64,000 bases of DNA from Tubulanus polymorphus (taxonomy: Eukaryota; Animalia; Nemertea), in contig NC_134035.1 in the NCBI RefSeq assembly GCF_964204645.1, positions 11,998,451 through 12,062,450 of the forward strand, given 5' to 3'. Shown here piece after piece: positions 40,107 through 51,266 of the stretch (its first letter is position 1; each line of letters starts with the position of its first letter). Under the pieces are notes generated by a model that was not told where the DNA came from, made no database searches, and saw nothing but the letters and a program-made list of their open reading frames with translations. The position numbers and the translations under genes are program-made.

Positions 40107-43100
40107 TCACGTTGGGCGACATTCTAAATCTAAAACTAAATGATCAACATGTGGAGCGTATGATTTCACATGCTCTATGTGTAAAACGTTTGTGTTCCAT
40201 TCGGTTTTATGTAGCGATTCTAACATATGTTTAATCACAGATGCTGTTCGTAACGCCCACTGAGTCCATATTCGAGAAACCTCTGATTTCTTATCGTCGG
40301 ATTTAGATATTTTTTGTTCGGTATCTAATTCAGAATCGTGGTTAGAAGGTTTAGACGCGACGTTCTGATGAACGTGAAGAATTCCTCCGGATTTTCTTTT
40401 TAACAAGCGACAAGCGACCGGCCAACCATCTTCCGAACTCGGTATCAATCCTAGATTAACGCGATCGGCTATATCGATCAAATCGATCTGTAAAATTCAT
40501 CAGAAAACGATCAGAACCATTTGGAAATGGAGAATTCAATTTTCGGTATGTCCACTTTCCATCCATTTACACAAATCCCATGAGTTTTCCCTGATTTTTC
40601 CATGTTATAACACAAAATTCTCTGAGTCAATCAGAGATATTCCTAGGTTTAAAATGTTACGATTCATTCATTTTTCATTAGATGTATTGATCAAGAACAC
40701 ATAGTCAATAGCATCATCCAAATAATAAATAGTTTTCTAGGTTTTTGGCAAAATTAGTGAAATTCCTAGAATTCCCCCCTGACCTTTCTGATTGCCCGAG
40801 TTTTGCAGGTCAATGGCCACCCTGATTTTCAGGGGGAAGAGCTTACCGTTCGGTTGTCGCCTTCGTGAATCTGACAACGATTCGCGACTTTATTCAAAGT
40901 CAGATTTCTCTTCAGGGCAGCGACAGCATCGGGATTCCATTCACAAGCGTGAACGAAACTAGCACCGGCGTGAACTAGATAGGGCAACGTGAAATAACCA
41001 ATACCTGCAAAATAAAAGTTAAATGATGTTCAAATGCTATTCGACGTTGTATCAATATCTACTTCGCTGACAGTTTGCTCTAAAATACAATCATATCATT
41101 CATTCCTGTCCTCCTTTCACTTTCCATTTCATTTGTCTAATTATCAAAATTCTTTTTTATTGTTCCTCTGTGGGGTGTATAGTTTTCTCATTGGGTACAC
41201 CGCCGATAATCACGATAGGTAGAACACAATATCCGTGTTGACGCGATGAGGAGAGTATTCCACAATGATAATAAAAAGTCCGAAAATGAAACTTTGAGAT
41301 AGTAGTTTATTTCAACGTTTCGACTATATCCTAATAGTCATCTTCAGGAATAAGAATTCATTATTCCTGAAGATGACTATTAGGATATAGTCGAAACGTT
41401 GAAATAAACTACTATCTCGAAGTTTCATTTTCGGACTTTTTATTATCATTGTGGGATACTCTCCTCACCGCCGATAATGGCTTTCCATAATCCCTGTCAT
41501 CAAAAATACATCAAGAGGACTCTTTATGTATTTTTGCTGTCATGTATGTATGTAATAGGGCCTATAAATTATCTATGGATATAACGAAAACTTGTATGTC
41601 ACTTGTATATCACTTATTAGTACCAAATTAAATAATGGCTTTTCTCCGCATAATTCCCTTCTTTCTAAGTATATTACTTCATGCCTTGCCAAACACTAAT
41701 TATTTACTCACTCACCAATTTACTCAATTAACCTGTCCTCCTCTGTATATATACCCCTGTTTTAAGTCTATTTCTCACACCTGACGATGATCTCTAGGGT
41801 GAGATCGAAACGTCGTGTCTTTTAAATATTTTAGATTTAATAAATAAATTCTGGTTTTTAAATTCTTTTAATCTGTAAATAGTGGGATTTTATCTTATTA
41901 TCCGTTCACCACGTTAGAGTGTGGTCATCGTTCTATCGAAAACTTGTATGATTTTCGAATAAATGACAAAATTCATTCTTATCATTATTATTATTATCAT
42001 ATACACAGATTCAAAGATTTGATCCTTTCAAAATTGAAATCACTTAGACGTCAGTGTTTCAGTCATTCTAATGGGACAGTAGTAAGAAGCTACACAAATC
42101 ACATTTCTTTATGTAATATTTGTATTCAGTAATAGAAATAAAGTGGACAATTTTCTCGGCTTAGATCTATGGTTGTTTTGTTAGGTTTATTGAGGAGAGA
42201 ATCCCACAATGATAATAAAATGTCCGAAAAAGAAACTTCGAGATAGTAGTTTATTTCAACGTTTCGACTATATCCTAATAGTCATCTTCAGGAATAATGA
42301 GATACTACTGAAGATGACTATTAGGATATAGTCGAAACATTGAAATAAACTACTATCTCGAAGTTTCTTTTTCGGACTTTTTATTATCATTGTGGGATTC
42401 TCTCCTCATCGCGTCAACACGGATATAGTGTTCTACCAATCGTGGTTAGGTTTATTGTATTACTGTCGGGACAACTACTAGTTTATTGTTAATGCCGACA
42501 ACAACTACCGGTAACTGTTACAACTTCGCTATAAATCAATGGAAATATTTTTACCGGCGTAAAGATCGACGACAGTTTCTCCGGAACACGGGAAAGACGA
42601 GACTCTTAGTTTCTCAGTGATATTCCCTGAACTAAACATACACTTTGTCACATCATAACAGTACCTGAATCAAGAGAAAACAAAGCATTTTCAGCTCGAA
42701 TCATCGGGTTTCAATTCAATGAGTTTTTACGTTGATAGAAATTTTTTAGAGATCATGACGTCAGATATGACGATTCATCGATGATCACAAACTTTTATTT
42801 TTATTTTTATTTTTATTTTTAATTTTCACAAATTTTTATCCCAAATAGGACGATTTTCATAATTTCATACTTGACGAACTATCGGTTAGGCTAAAAGAAT
42901 TTGATACCTCGTTTCCGATTACTGGTGAGCTTAAAACTTGACCCACCTATCTACCCTGTACACCGATTTCTTTAAAATCATGATCAAACTTACAATAACA
43001 GACCCGGCAGTGATAGAAATGGACTGATTACAAATCTTATTGCAGTTAACAAAATGACCCGGCCGATTAGGGAGAAACAAGGCATCATTTTCATTCTAGC

Positions 43101-46100
43101 TTATAACAAACAGATTTTCAAGTTTATTGTAACAACATTGAACCATTGTACTTCAAAATGAAACAAATTACGATTATTCACGAAATCATCAATTTTCAAA
43201 CAAGAGCTGGAAGTGTATGTTTCGGAAAGGTGAATCGAGGTTATGAAGTTCAATTTTTTTTTTTAAACAAAATAAATCTTATCTATGAAGTGATTCTGCC
43301 GGCAGTGAGTCAACACCGCACGTCTCAGTAGTTCCGTGTAAACAACTTAGATTAATTCTGTCTAGTCAAACAAGTTCTATTCACACATTCTATGAAGGTT
43401 CCAGTATTTTCGCTATATCTTTCATAGATTGATCAAATGATTTAAAAAAAAAGAAATAAAAGGCTATACTTAATACGATTGTCTGTGTGTTGGACCCAGC
43501 TATCTTCACCGTAAACTAGTTTAACTTGTGGCGTTCTGAACCCGTCGGTGCTTACTACTGATTTCAATGCGATTTTAGTTACGTTCAACACTTTACAAAT
43601 TGTCTTCCACAATTCATCACCTGTAGTAATAGAAATATCAATACACATTTCAAATATTATTTCAGACTTCCACCATTCCACTTAGGACGCTGATAGATCT
43701 ATTTTTCGGGATTTTCAGGACATCATTTGCCTGGTGGTCTGAAATATTTATATCCGGAAACTTCAAGTTTATTCGATAGTGAACAAGATTTTCTTGGATT
43801 TCACACAACCACTCGTAGGCTACAAAATTCATGCATCAAAAACAATCTAAGAAGCGTTCACGTGTATTCCGTCCAAAAACTTCGTCACAGACATTTAAGC
43901 CGGCCCGCTAGCAAAACGGAAACACCCAATTTCCGTGACTGTAGCGATCTGGACAGCTGGATACTTTCGGAGCCACCCTATGAAATAAATTCAATTAAAA
44001 CTTATTCATCTAGAAATATATTGCGGGTTGAGGTCTATGACAATTATTTTGATTCGTAAAGTGCACCAAACCAAAACATAGTACGCTTCACGCTTGTCAT
44101 TTAATCATATTTAAACCTAGCCCTTCGGTCTGAAGACAAAAATTATCAAAAGTTACTTTCACTTTCACTCTCAAAAAGTGTGTCCTAACTCAGTAAAATA
44201 TCGGCAAGAATTCTTGAGCGTCAAACATTCCATATTATATTCAATATCGTATTTAAAGAATTCAGATTCAATGTTCTGAAAAAGAGTGCAAAACGAAGGC
44301 AAACCCTGGCTAGCGAGAATGGGCCGCAGGAGGTGATGGATATTTAAAATTATGCAAGTGACCCGGCAACCATGTGGTTATTGGGTCAGTTACTGGTCGT
44401 CAGAGAGGTAGCTCCCGTAGAGCCGCGCCGGAGTATATGTAGGTCAAAGCTACCAGGTGCGTCAGTTACTGGTCGTCAGAGAGGTAGCTCCCGTAGAGCC
44501 GCGCCGGAGTATATGTAGGTCAAAGCTACCAGGTAGTGAAAAGCATTCGTCAATACGCCGTATATACGACGTAATCAGTCAACGAGTGAGAACTTCATCC
44601 GTCCCGATTCAGAGTCTATCATTGCAACAGCAACATGGAATTCAAAGTTTTCGCCGTCGTTTTAGTGATGTTCATTTGCGTCGTAAATGCGCAATTATTC
44701 AACGACGACAAAAACCCGCTATCGAAATTCAACCAGATGAAAGACGATGTCGAAGACGCGATCGACGACACAAAATGGCACGTGAAATCGATGATCAATC
44801 ACATCACAGGCGACGACTCCCAATCGAAACTCAGTCACGACCTCGAAACAACGGGACGAAAGATATCGAGATGGATGAAGCGTCATCAAATCGTGTTAGG
44901 AGCGTCTGGAGGCACAGTTCTGGTACTGATAGTCCTCGCGTTGATTTGTAGAGCCGCTTGTGGTCGCCGGCGACGCCCGATTCCAATCGATCGCCAGATT
45001 TTGATTCGAGCTTAGAGAGAAATCTCAAACGGTACGGAATGAAGGAGGCGTCGAATGGAATCCATTAGCTATCTATCATGGACTTTATTCTATATAATAC
45101 ATGAACGCTTTATATTTTTTTTATATTTAACTTGGACGAAACTTCCGTGTTTCTAAATCTAGGTGCTTTCACAGATAATTTCTATCACATTCATAAATGT
45201 TCGGATTAATCGATGAATAATGAGCCTCGTTTTAAATCAGAAATGTAAAACGTTTTAAATCAGAAATGTAAAACTTTGATTCTTTCTGTAATTGGATGTC
45301 AATAATTGAAAAAATCAATAGTTTAAAATTTGCACTTTTATCTTAAACTCCATGCTTGTAATAGATATACAAATTTGTATAGCAAAAGTAACTAATATTT
45401 TTTTAAAGTGTGCCCTGTTATCAAAATGAACATTTTTAACGTCAAGCAGCTTACTTACTATAACTGAAAATAAATTCTTTGTTATAAGATATTGAATGTT
45501 GATTTCAATATTTCGGTTTAGCCATCCATTCCTGATGCGTACACAACCTTGGGGGAATTTTGAATTATTCATGTTTGTGTAAACAATAGTGCAGACAGGA
45601 TTTTATTCGACAAGTTTGTTTTTCCCAGGATAGGATTAGCTCCCTGGGTTGTTACGAAGCTGATGAGAGGGGATAGGTTTTAATGGGGTACCGACTACTT
45701 GGACATTATAAGAATAGAATTCAATTGTTACTTGCCGAACTCTTTCCAGATACTTTCTTGTAGATATTTCTCATCGATCAAAGCCAAATTACCGCGAACT
45801 TCCCAATTACGCGGTACATCTCGTTTCAGCTTTTCCACATCAATTTCATTACTTTTTTCGATATTTTTACCATTTGACATAATTGTAGTCACTGATGAAA
45901 TCAATTCAAGAAGGGCGGTTTCTAATTGTTTTAGCGTGTTCTTATTTCTTGATTGTTTAGAAACCGGTAATTCAACGTTGACTATTTCGTAATGCTTTCC
46001 TTCGATACTGATACCGGTTTGCTTGAGTAATGAAGTGTCGCCATCTGTCCTCATCGGCGGAATACACGGAACTGCTACCGTGTCGACGCAGTCATTAAAT

Positions 46101-46385
46101 TTGCCAATCGTTCGTTTCTCGTCAAACAATCCATTTTCGGTTAAGGAAATCCTGAATAAAATGCACATAATCGAATCCAAATTAGCAAAATAAAAAGAGT
46201 GTCAACGAAAGAAACAACACAAGGCCAATCTGTCTCTGACCATCCATCCACCTCCAGATCTGTTGTGACGTAAAAAGAACAAACAAACTCCCTCGGCCTC
46301 AAACGAGGAACTTGTTAGGCAAAGAATCTTACCGAATACTTTGTGCGAGCTGTTTTGTAGTGATAACAGCTGGACCGGTTTCCAT
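40107..46385 (-). CDS. TRMT12: tRNA wybutosine-synthesizing protein 2 (TYW2/TRMT12), ~422 aa
   Basis: Exons 46385-46333, 46151-45736, 43620-43470, 42664-42555, 41004-40847, 40487-40107. Motifs PRNWEVRGNL, DGFRTPQVKLVYG, YDVTKCMFSSGNITEKLR, VVDLYAGIGYFTLPYLVHAGA..VHACEWNP, ADRVNLGLIPSSE.GW, GGILHVHQNV, HIEHVKSYAPHVDHLVLDLECRP. Confidence 0.93.
41211..41465. mobile_element. Penelope-like fold-back element, two inverted pseudo-LTR arms each with a hammerhead motif
   Basis: Near-perfect palindrome centred at ~41355; TSD CACCGCCGATAAT at 41198-41210 and 41466-41478; same family as 31651-32574. Confidence 0.82.
41777..41818 (+). ncRNA. Minimal type-I hammerhead ribozyme motif (second, unrelated family)
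   Basis: ACAC-CTGACGA-T-GATCTC(tagggt)GAGATC-GAAA-CG-TC-GTGT: perfect stems I and II, palindromic ACGT helix III, GUC cleavage triplet. Confidence 0.78.
42193..42444. mobile_element. Penelope-like fold-back element (same family), opposite orientation
   Basis: Perfect 13-bp TSD GTTAGGTTTATTG at 42180-42192 and 42445-42457; inverted arms with CTGAAGATGACTATTAGGATATAGTCGAAA motifs; ~35-nt unpaired tail ending ...CAATCGTG. Confidence 0.82.
44385..44534. repeat. Exact 74-bp direct duplication upstream of the nested gene
   Basis: GTCAGTTACTGG...AGGTCAAAGCTACCAGGT at 44385-44458 and 44461-44534. Confidence 0.9.
44635..45015 (+). CDS. Nested intronless gene: 126-aa predicted type-I membrane protein of unknown family (antisense within TRMT12 intron 2)
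   Basis: Good start context CAACATGG. Signal-peptide-like MEFKVFAVVLVMFICVVNA, hydrophilic D/K-rich ectodomain, hydrophobic segment IVLGASGGTVLVLIVLALIC, then basic RAACGRRRR. GC/CpG-rich composition like the other exons. Confidence 0.7.
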   Translation: MEFKVFAVVLVMFICVVNAQLFNDDKNPLSKFNQMKDDVEDAIDDTKWHVKSMINHITGDDSQSKLSHDLETTGRKISRWMKRHQIVLGASGGTVLVLIVLALICRAACGRRRRPIPIDRQILIRA

Positions 46386-46949
46386 TTTACCACTGTTTCT
46401 GATGTTCTAAGTACTACATCTATTCTTATACGAGGGGAAACATTTAAAAAATCTGAAAATCAAAACACTATGGGCAACGACCTTCAGTTCGCGGTGAAAG
46501 AAATGGATATGAGTGCTACGAAAGAGACTATAGGGTGCCGACTGTAGCGTCTAAAACTGTAACTTTAACAGTGCTTATTCCGAAACGGCGAAAGTTGGTT
46601 AATTAAAAGGGTTATCGGTTTTGATGTAGATATTATGTCAAAAAGCTCTCTTGAGGCTTAATTCAACGAAAATTGAGTAGATTTGTACTTTTAGATTTGA
46701 GATTTTGAGTTAACGCTTAATACCCTAACCGAGTGCGGATTGCCATTTTTGTAATTACGAATGAACATAGGCCTATTTTCATGCTTTTTCTACCATTTCT
46801 ATTCTATATCTGTGTTCGTGATTCTTTTCTGTGAGATATACTTGAAATTTTGAAATTATCATCAGTGGGTTTGTGGCGGTAAATAGTTCAGACACGCGCT
46901 CTCTCTTTGTCGGCCATTTTATTTTATACAGCGCATTAGCGAACGACAG
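46386..46949. promoter_or_regulatory. Probable bidirectional promoter TRMT12 / SRSF7
   Basis: TRMT12 ATG (46385, minus) and the SRSF7 non-coding first exon (donor CAG|gtcagt at 46949) diverge within ~500 bp; YY1-like GCCATTTT at 46742 and 46913. Confidence 0.5.
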
Positions 46950-47474
46950 GTCAGTGTTTTATTCGTCATTTTCTCTCATTTTAACTCTCTATCTACTGAT
47001 TTTACATGTTTAAACATCGTATAACATTTCATAGTATCATTTAAACCTCTTTATGTCTAAAATTGCATTCCTTTTCAATGTTATTTCTCGATTTTAAATT
47101 GGAGGTTTCTCTATTCAATTTTTGACTGACTCGGCGACACGGCCGGTTCCCGTTCCGCTCGACTCAGCCAGTTGAGGTGGCCCGCTCTTAGTTGTGTAAG
47201 ACTGTTACAGTTAGTTTTGCTTATTGGAACTATTAGTAATAAAGTAGGGTCTTGTGACTCAAAAAACTGCAGTCTTTTTATCCTCCTTGAAGTTAAGACT
47301 GACAACATTAACAAAAAAAGGGCAATAAATCAGGGTTACCATTAGGCAGTTTTAATCTGTGGTAACTGCAGTTATTCCTAGAACACATAAGAATTTTTGA
47401 AAAGAATGATTTTTGGTTAATATTGATAATGAATGCAGTTTTATTTGTTTGTTTCAGATTCAAATAACTCAATA

Positions 47475-50400
47475 ATGTCTCGTTACGGAAGCAGCAGTGG
47501 TGGAGGCGGTGGCGGAGGAGGAGGCGGCGGTGATAGGGACCGCGGCCGGGACCGTCGAGACGCCGGTAACCTAGCGTGTAAAGTATACGTCGGTGATTTA
47601 CCGCGAGACGCGTCGGAGAAAGATGTCGAACACGCGTTCAGTTATTACGGTACGTTGAGGAGCGTGTGGGTCGCCAGGAATCCACCCGGTTTCGCGTTCG
47701 TAGAATTCGAGGATAGCAGAGACGCCGAGGACGCAGTAAGAGGGTTAGACGGACGGTGAGTTAAACAATGGACGATTGATTGACTGGAGTCCTTTCGACT
47801 CTTTAACTCCTAAAAAAACTCTTTAATGCAAAATGTTTTTAATGTTGCTTAAAACTTCTGTTGCAAAACTCCTTCATTTTTGAGAAATAGTCAATTAAAA
47901 ATCGTTTATCTAATTTGTAAGATTGCGCCCAATAGTTGGAACCAGGAATTTTTACATCCACTTTTAAACGGCTACAATATAACATAACATAGACGTTTGC
48001 TTACAAAACCACAGAATGCCGATATCGGAGTAATCAGATTCTCCAAGGTCTGATTACCGAGAAAAACCATATTGATTAAGATAGAGTGGAGATGAAAGAG
48101 ATGCAGACACTTCCTCGAAATTTGAAATTTTCTCCTTTAAAACTCCTGGAATGACTGATCTATAGAGATCGTATTAAAATTCATATATTCTGAATTATTT
48201 GCAGAACGTTGAACAGCAGTTTCAGCGACAGTCGGATTCGCGTTGAACATTCGACCGGTAAAGTGCGTCCGAAACCGTGGATGAGACGCGGAGCTCCGCG
48301 ATCGAGACGAGCGTTCAACCCGGACGACCGGTGCTACGAGTGCGGCGAACGAGGACACTACGCCTACGATTGTCGACAGTAAGATCACTTTAAATTAATC
48401 AATCGATTTCTTATTAATTCCGTGTTGATAATAATAGTTATAACGAGTTGCTTCTTTGCTAATTTATTCAGAACGTGTTGAGATTTGAGATTCTCTGATC
48501 GTTTCATGAAGATTTTTACTTCGATTTTCTGATTTGAATGTTATTATATTATTATTTACACAAGAATTGCACCTCAGTTGATAAGAGAGAGAGAGACAGA
48601 TATGAAAACAGTTATTTAGAAAGCTTCGTAATAACAACTAAAGCCGTTCTAACAATTTTCGATTAATGAAACGTTTTTAAAACTTAAGCTTTTTAGTTTA
48701 TTCGTACGTCTTATCAATAAAATGAACCACCAAGTTCACATTATCATTCCTTGAAATGGGGGGGGAAGTATCTCGATATTCCCTAAATGTGACCAATTCG
48801 AGAAATGTCACTTATGTATGAAACATTTTTTCCAGTTCTCTTACAATCCTAAATCTTGTAAATGTCGAATTATGATTAATGACTGATTTCATTAGTTGCG
48901 TTTGTTTTGGAGACTCAGTCATTTGATTGTATCAGGATTTTACTGAGTACCGGTAATCCAGCTCAGCCGATCTTCAGTCAAAACAGCGATATTGTTTTAC
49001 TGTTTGATTCGGTCAAGTCATCGTAGTTGAAAAATACTTCAGAACTTTGTGTGACAACCTAGCAATTATCAATTGAGTCTCCCAAACGAATACAACTACA
49101 TTATGGAAATATTTAAATGCATTTCTGAACTTCTGGCAAAATTTCATATAAAATAGTAAAATGTTAAAACCTTGATCCTAATTAAATATTGAAGGGTTGT
49201 TAATTATGGAAAAAAAGAAGATTTTTGGTGGTTTTAGAAAAACTGATTTAAAATCTGTTATTTATTTATACATGCTTTGCAGAGTTTATCTACAAAGAAT
49301 GATTGAAGTGATATAAGAATTCAGTCTTCTCTCCTCATCCCATACATACAGTCTCGTCGCTGTACGATCGTTAGATACGATAATCGCCAACATTTCCACG
49401 CGCGGCCGGCCGCGTTGTTGCGTCGTCGTCGTGGAAACGTTGACTCGCGATCTCTGCACACATTGTTGAACCGACGATGCGCTGCAGGACAAAACGTAGT
49501 TACTCTTCACAAACGTCGGTCGTCTCAACGCACAACAACACACCGTATCGCCATCCAATTATTGATTACGACCCTAGCAACCGATTATACACCACGTCAA
49601 GCGTCATCGTCGTCGTTACCTAGCAACCCCGGTAGTGATAACGATCAACGTTGCGCCTAGCAACCGAGTTTATACGAGTTGTAGTAATAAAGCGTGCGTG
49701 TGTGTGACCTTGTGTACATCTCTTCATGTGTTACAACTGTGCAACTTCAACAATACAATCTCATCTTATCTGCAAAAATTGAGTAAGTGAATTTAAAAAA
49801 AATGAATTCCGATTTGGACGGTGTGTTTTAAAAACTTCTAGGGTAACGGTAAATGATACAGTGTTTGTAGTTTGATTTCTTGGGTCGCAATTAAAGGTTT
49901 AATATTCACAGCCTTGCACAATGGCATTGATCAATGTTTTTGTTCTGTGTATTATTATTGACCCCTCTGGGCCCGAGCTCGAGATGTAGCCATGGCTCCA
50001 GAAATTGCATTCTCCCTCGGCCGGGGTTCGAGACGCCGGTCACGGCGCAAAACTGCGTCTGATTTACCTAAGTGTGCAGGTACATGCGCAGTTCGGATGA
50101 TGTCATTATTAACCAATCAGAAATGGAATTCTGGGCAATTATGCAACGAGCAGTTTGATTGGCGCCACCTGTGCATATATCTGCGCTCGAGGGAAAATCA
50201 GGTAGGGGTGTGTGCCGTGTCTGTGTCTCGCGATATCATCAGTATTGGAATCCCTGTCGAGGGCGGGTGCGATAATTGCAGTGTGAAGTCGACAATTGAT
50301 GATTGAAAATTGTATTTCTGAAGAATTTCTTTTTCCTCTTTGAAACAGTAGCGGCAGCAAGTGTTTACAGTTAGCACACAGATTAGAGTTCGAATCAAAC

Positions 50401-51266
50401 TAAACCTCTATTTATTTGATTTTCTCAATGTTTTATATAGGTGTCGAAAAAACCTGTGATCCGTCAAATAAACAAAAAAAAATGTGGCAAATATTTCGAT
50501 TGCATGATTTCGATGTTTCGAATCGATATTTCATCGTTATATTTCGTCGGATATTTTTCAGCTCGGGACGATCGAGACGATCTAGGTCGCGTGAAGGAGG
50601 AAGCAGGAGAAGTGGCGGAAGAAGGAGCTATTCACGAAGCCGTAGCAGAAGTTATAGCAGGTATGAATATTGTCGACTAACGGGGAACGGGTCAACAGTA
50701 GTGCAAAAATGGTCTAAAGTCTTAGAACTCATCGGATTGGCTGTAGAACAAACTGGGTTTTACATATTAGAAAAATTGAGAAATTGAGGAATTCTGGTTT
50801 TAATTTTGCCAGCAGGGGATTCTGTTCTGACTCCTTTTGAAAAATCAGGAAATTCTATCGTTATTTTGGTATCTTGTTGTTCTTGCTTTGTTATGGCTGG
50901 CATAAACGCAAATAGATTAAGAGAAACGGCCTCCACTGAGAAATCTTATGAAATAAGATTGAATTAAGGTGGTGAATATTTGTGAAGGATCGGGGAATTG
51001 AGTACCACTGAAAGATGGTCTCAAATCTAAGATGTGTAACTTTGTGCCCTGAGATGAAGGTATTGCAAAAATTGCCTTAATTGAAATCATATATTTTGTT
51101 CTTAAATTTACAGATCACCGAAAAGATCGAAGAGAAGCAGATCAGGAAGGTAAATATTGATTATTTCTCATGAACGAGGCGTAAATGTCTTTTTTGGCGA
51201 GTTTGAGTTGAGTTGTATTTCTTGATTTCTCTTCATTTCAGTCCCGCGAACGGAACTAAAGATTAG
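47475..51266 (+). CDS. SRSF7: Serine/arginine-rich splicing factor 7 (9G8; SRSF3/7 family): RRM + CCHC zinc knuckle + RS domain, ~204 aa
   Basis: Coding exons 47475-47755 (CKVYVGDL...[31 protein letters not shown]), 48205-48378 (RIRVEHSTG...[17 protein letters not shown]), 50562-50660, 51114-51149, 51242-51266 (TAG). Probable non-coding first exon ending at 46949; probable 3'UTR exon from 52209. Confidence 0.93.
49283..49782 (+). other. Candidate poison cassette exon of SRSF7 (500 nt, premature stop)
   Basis: Acceptor ctttgcag|AG (49282/49283) and donor ATTGA|gtaagt (49782/49783). It lies in the intron right after the zinc-knuckle exon and gives an in-frame TAA at 49314-49316. C-rich with many CNNC motifs, unlike the flanking AT-rich intron. 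Confidence 0.7.

Noticed and set aside
44457-44951. 164-aa overlapping ORF
   Set aside because: Non-ATG start in an alternative frame of the 126-aa gene; no protein-like features.
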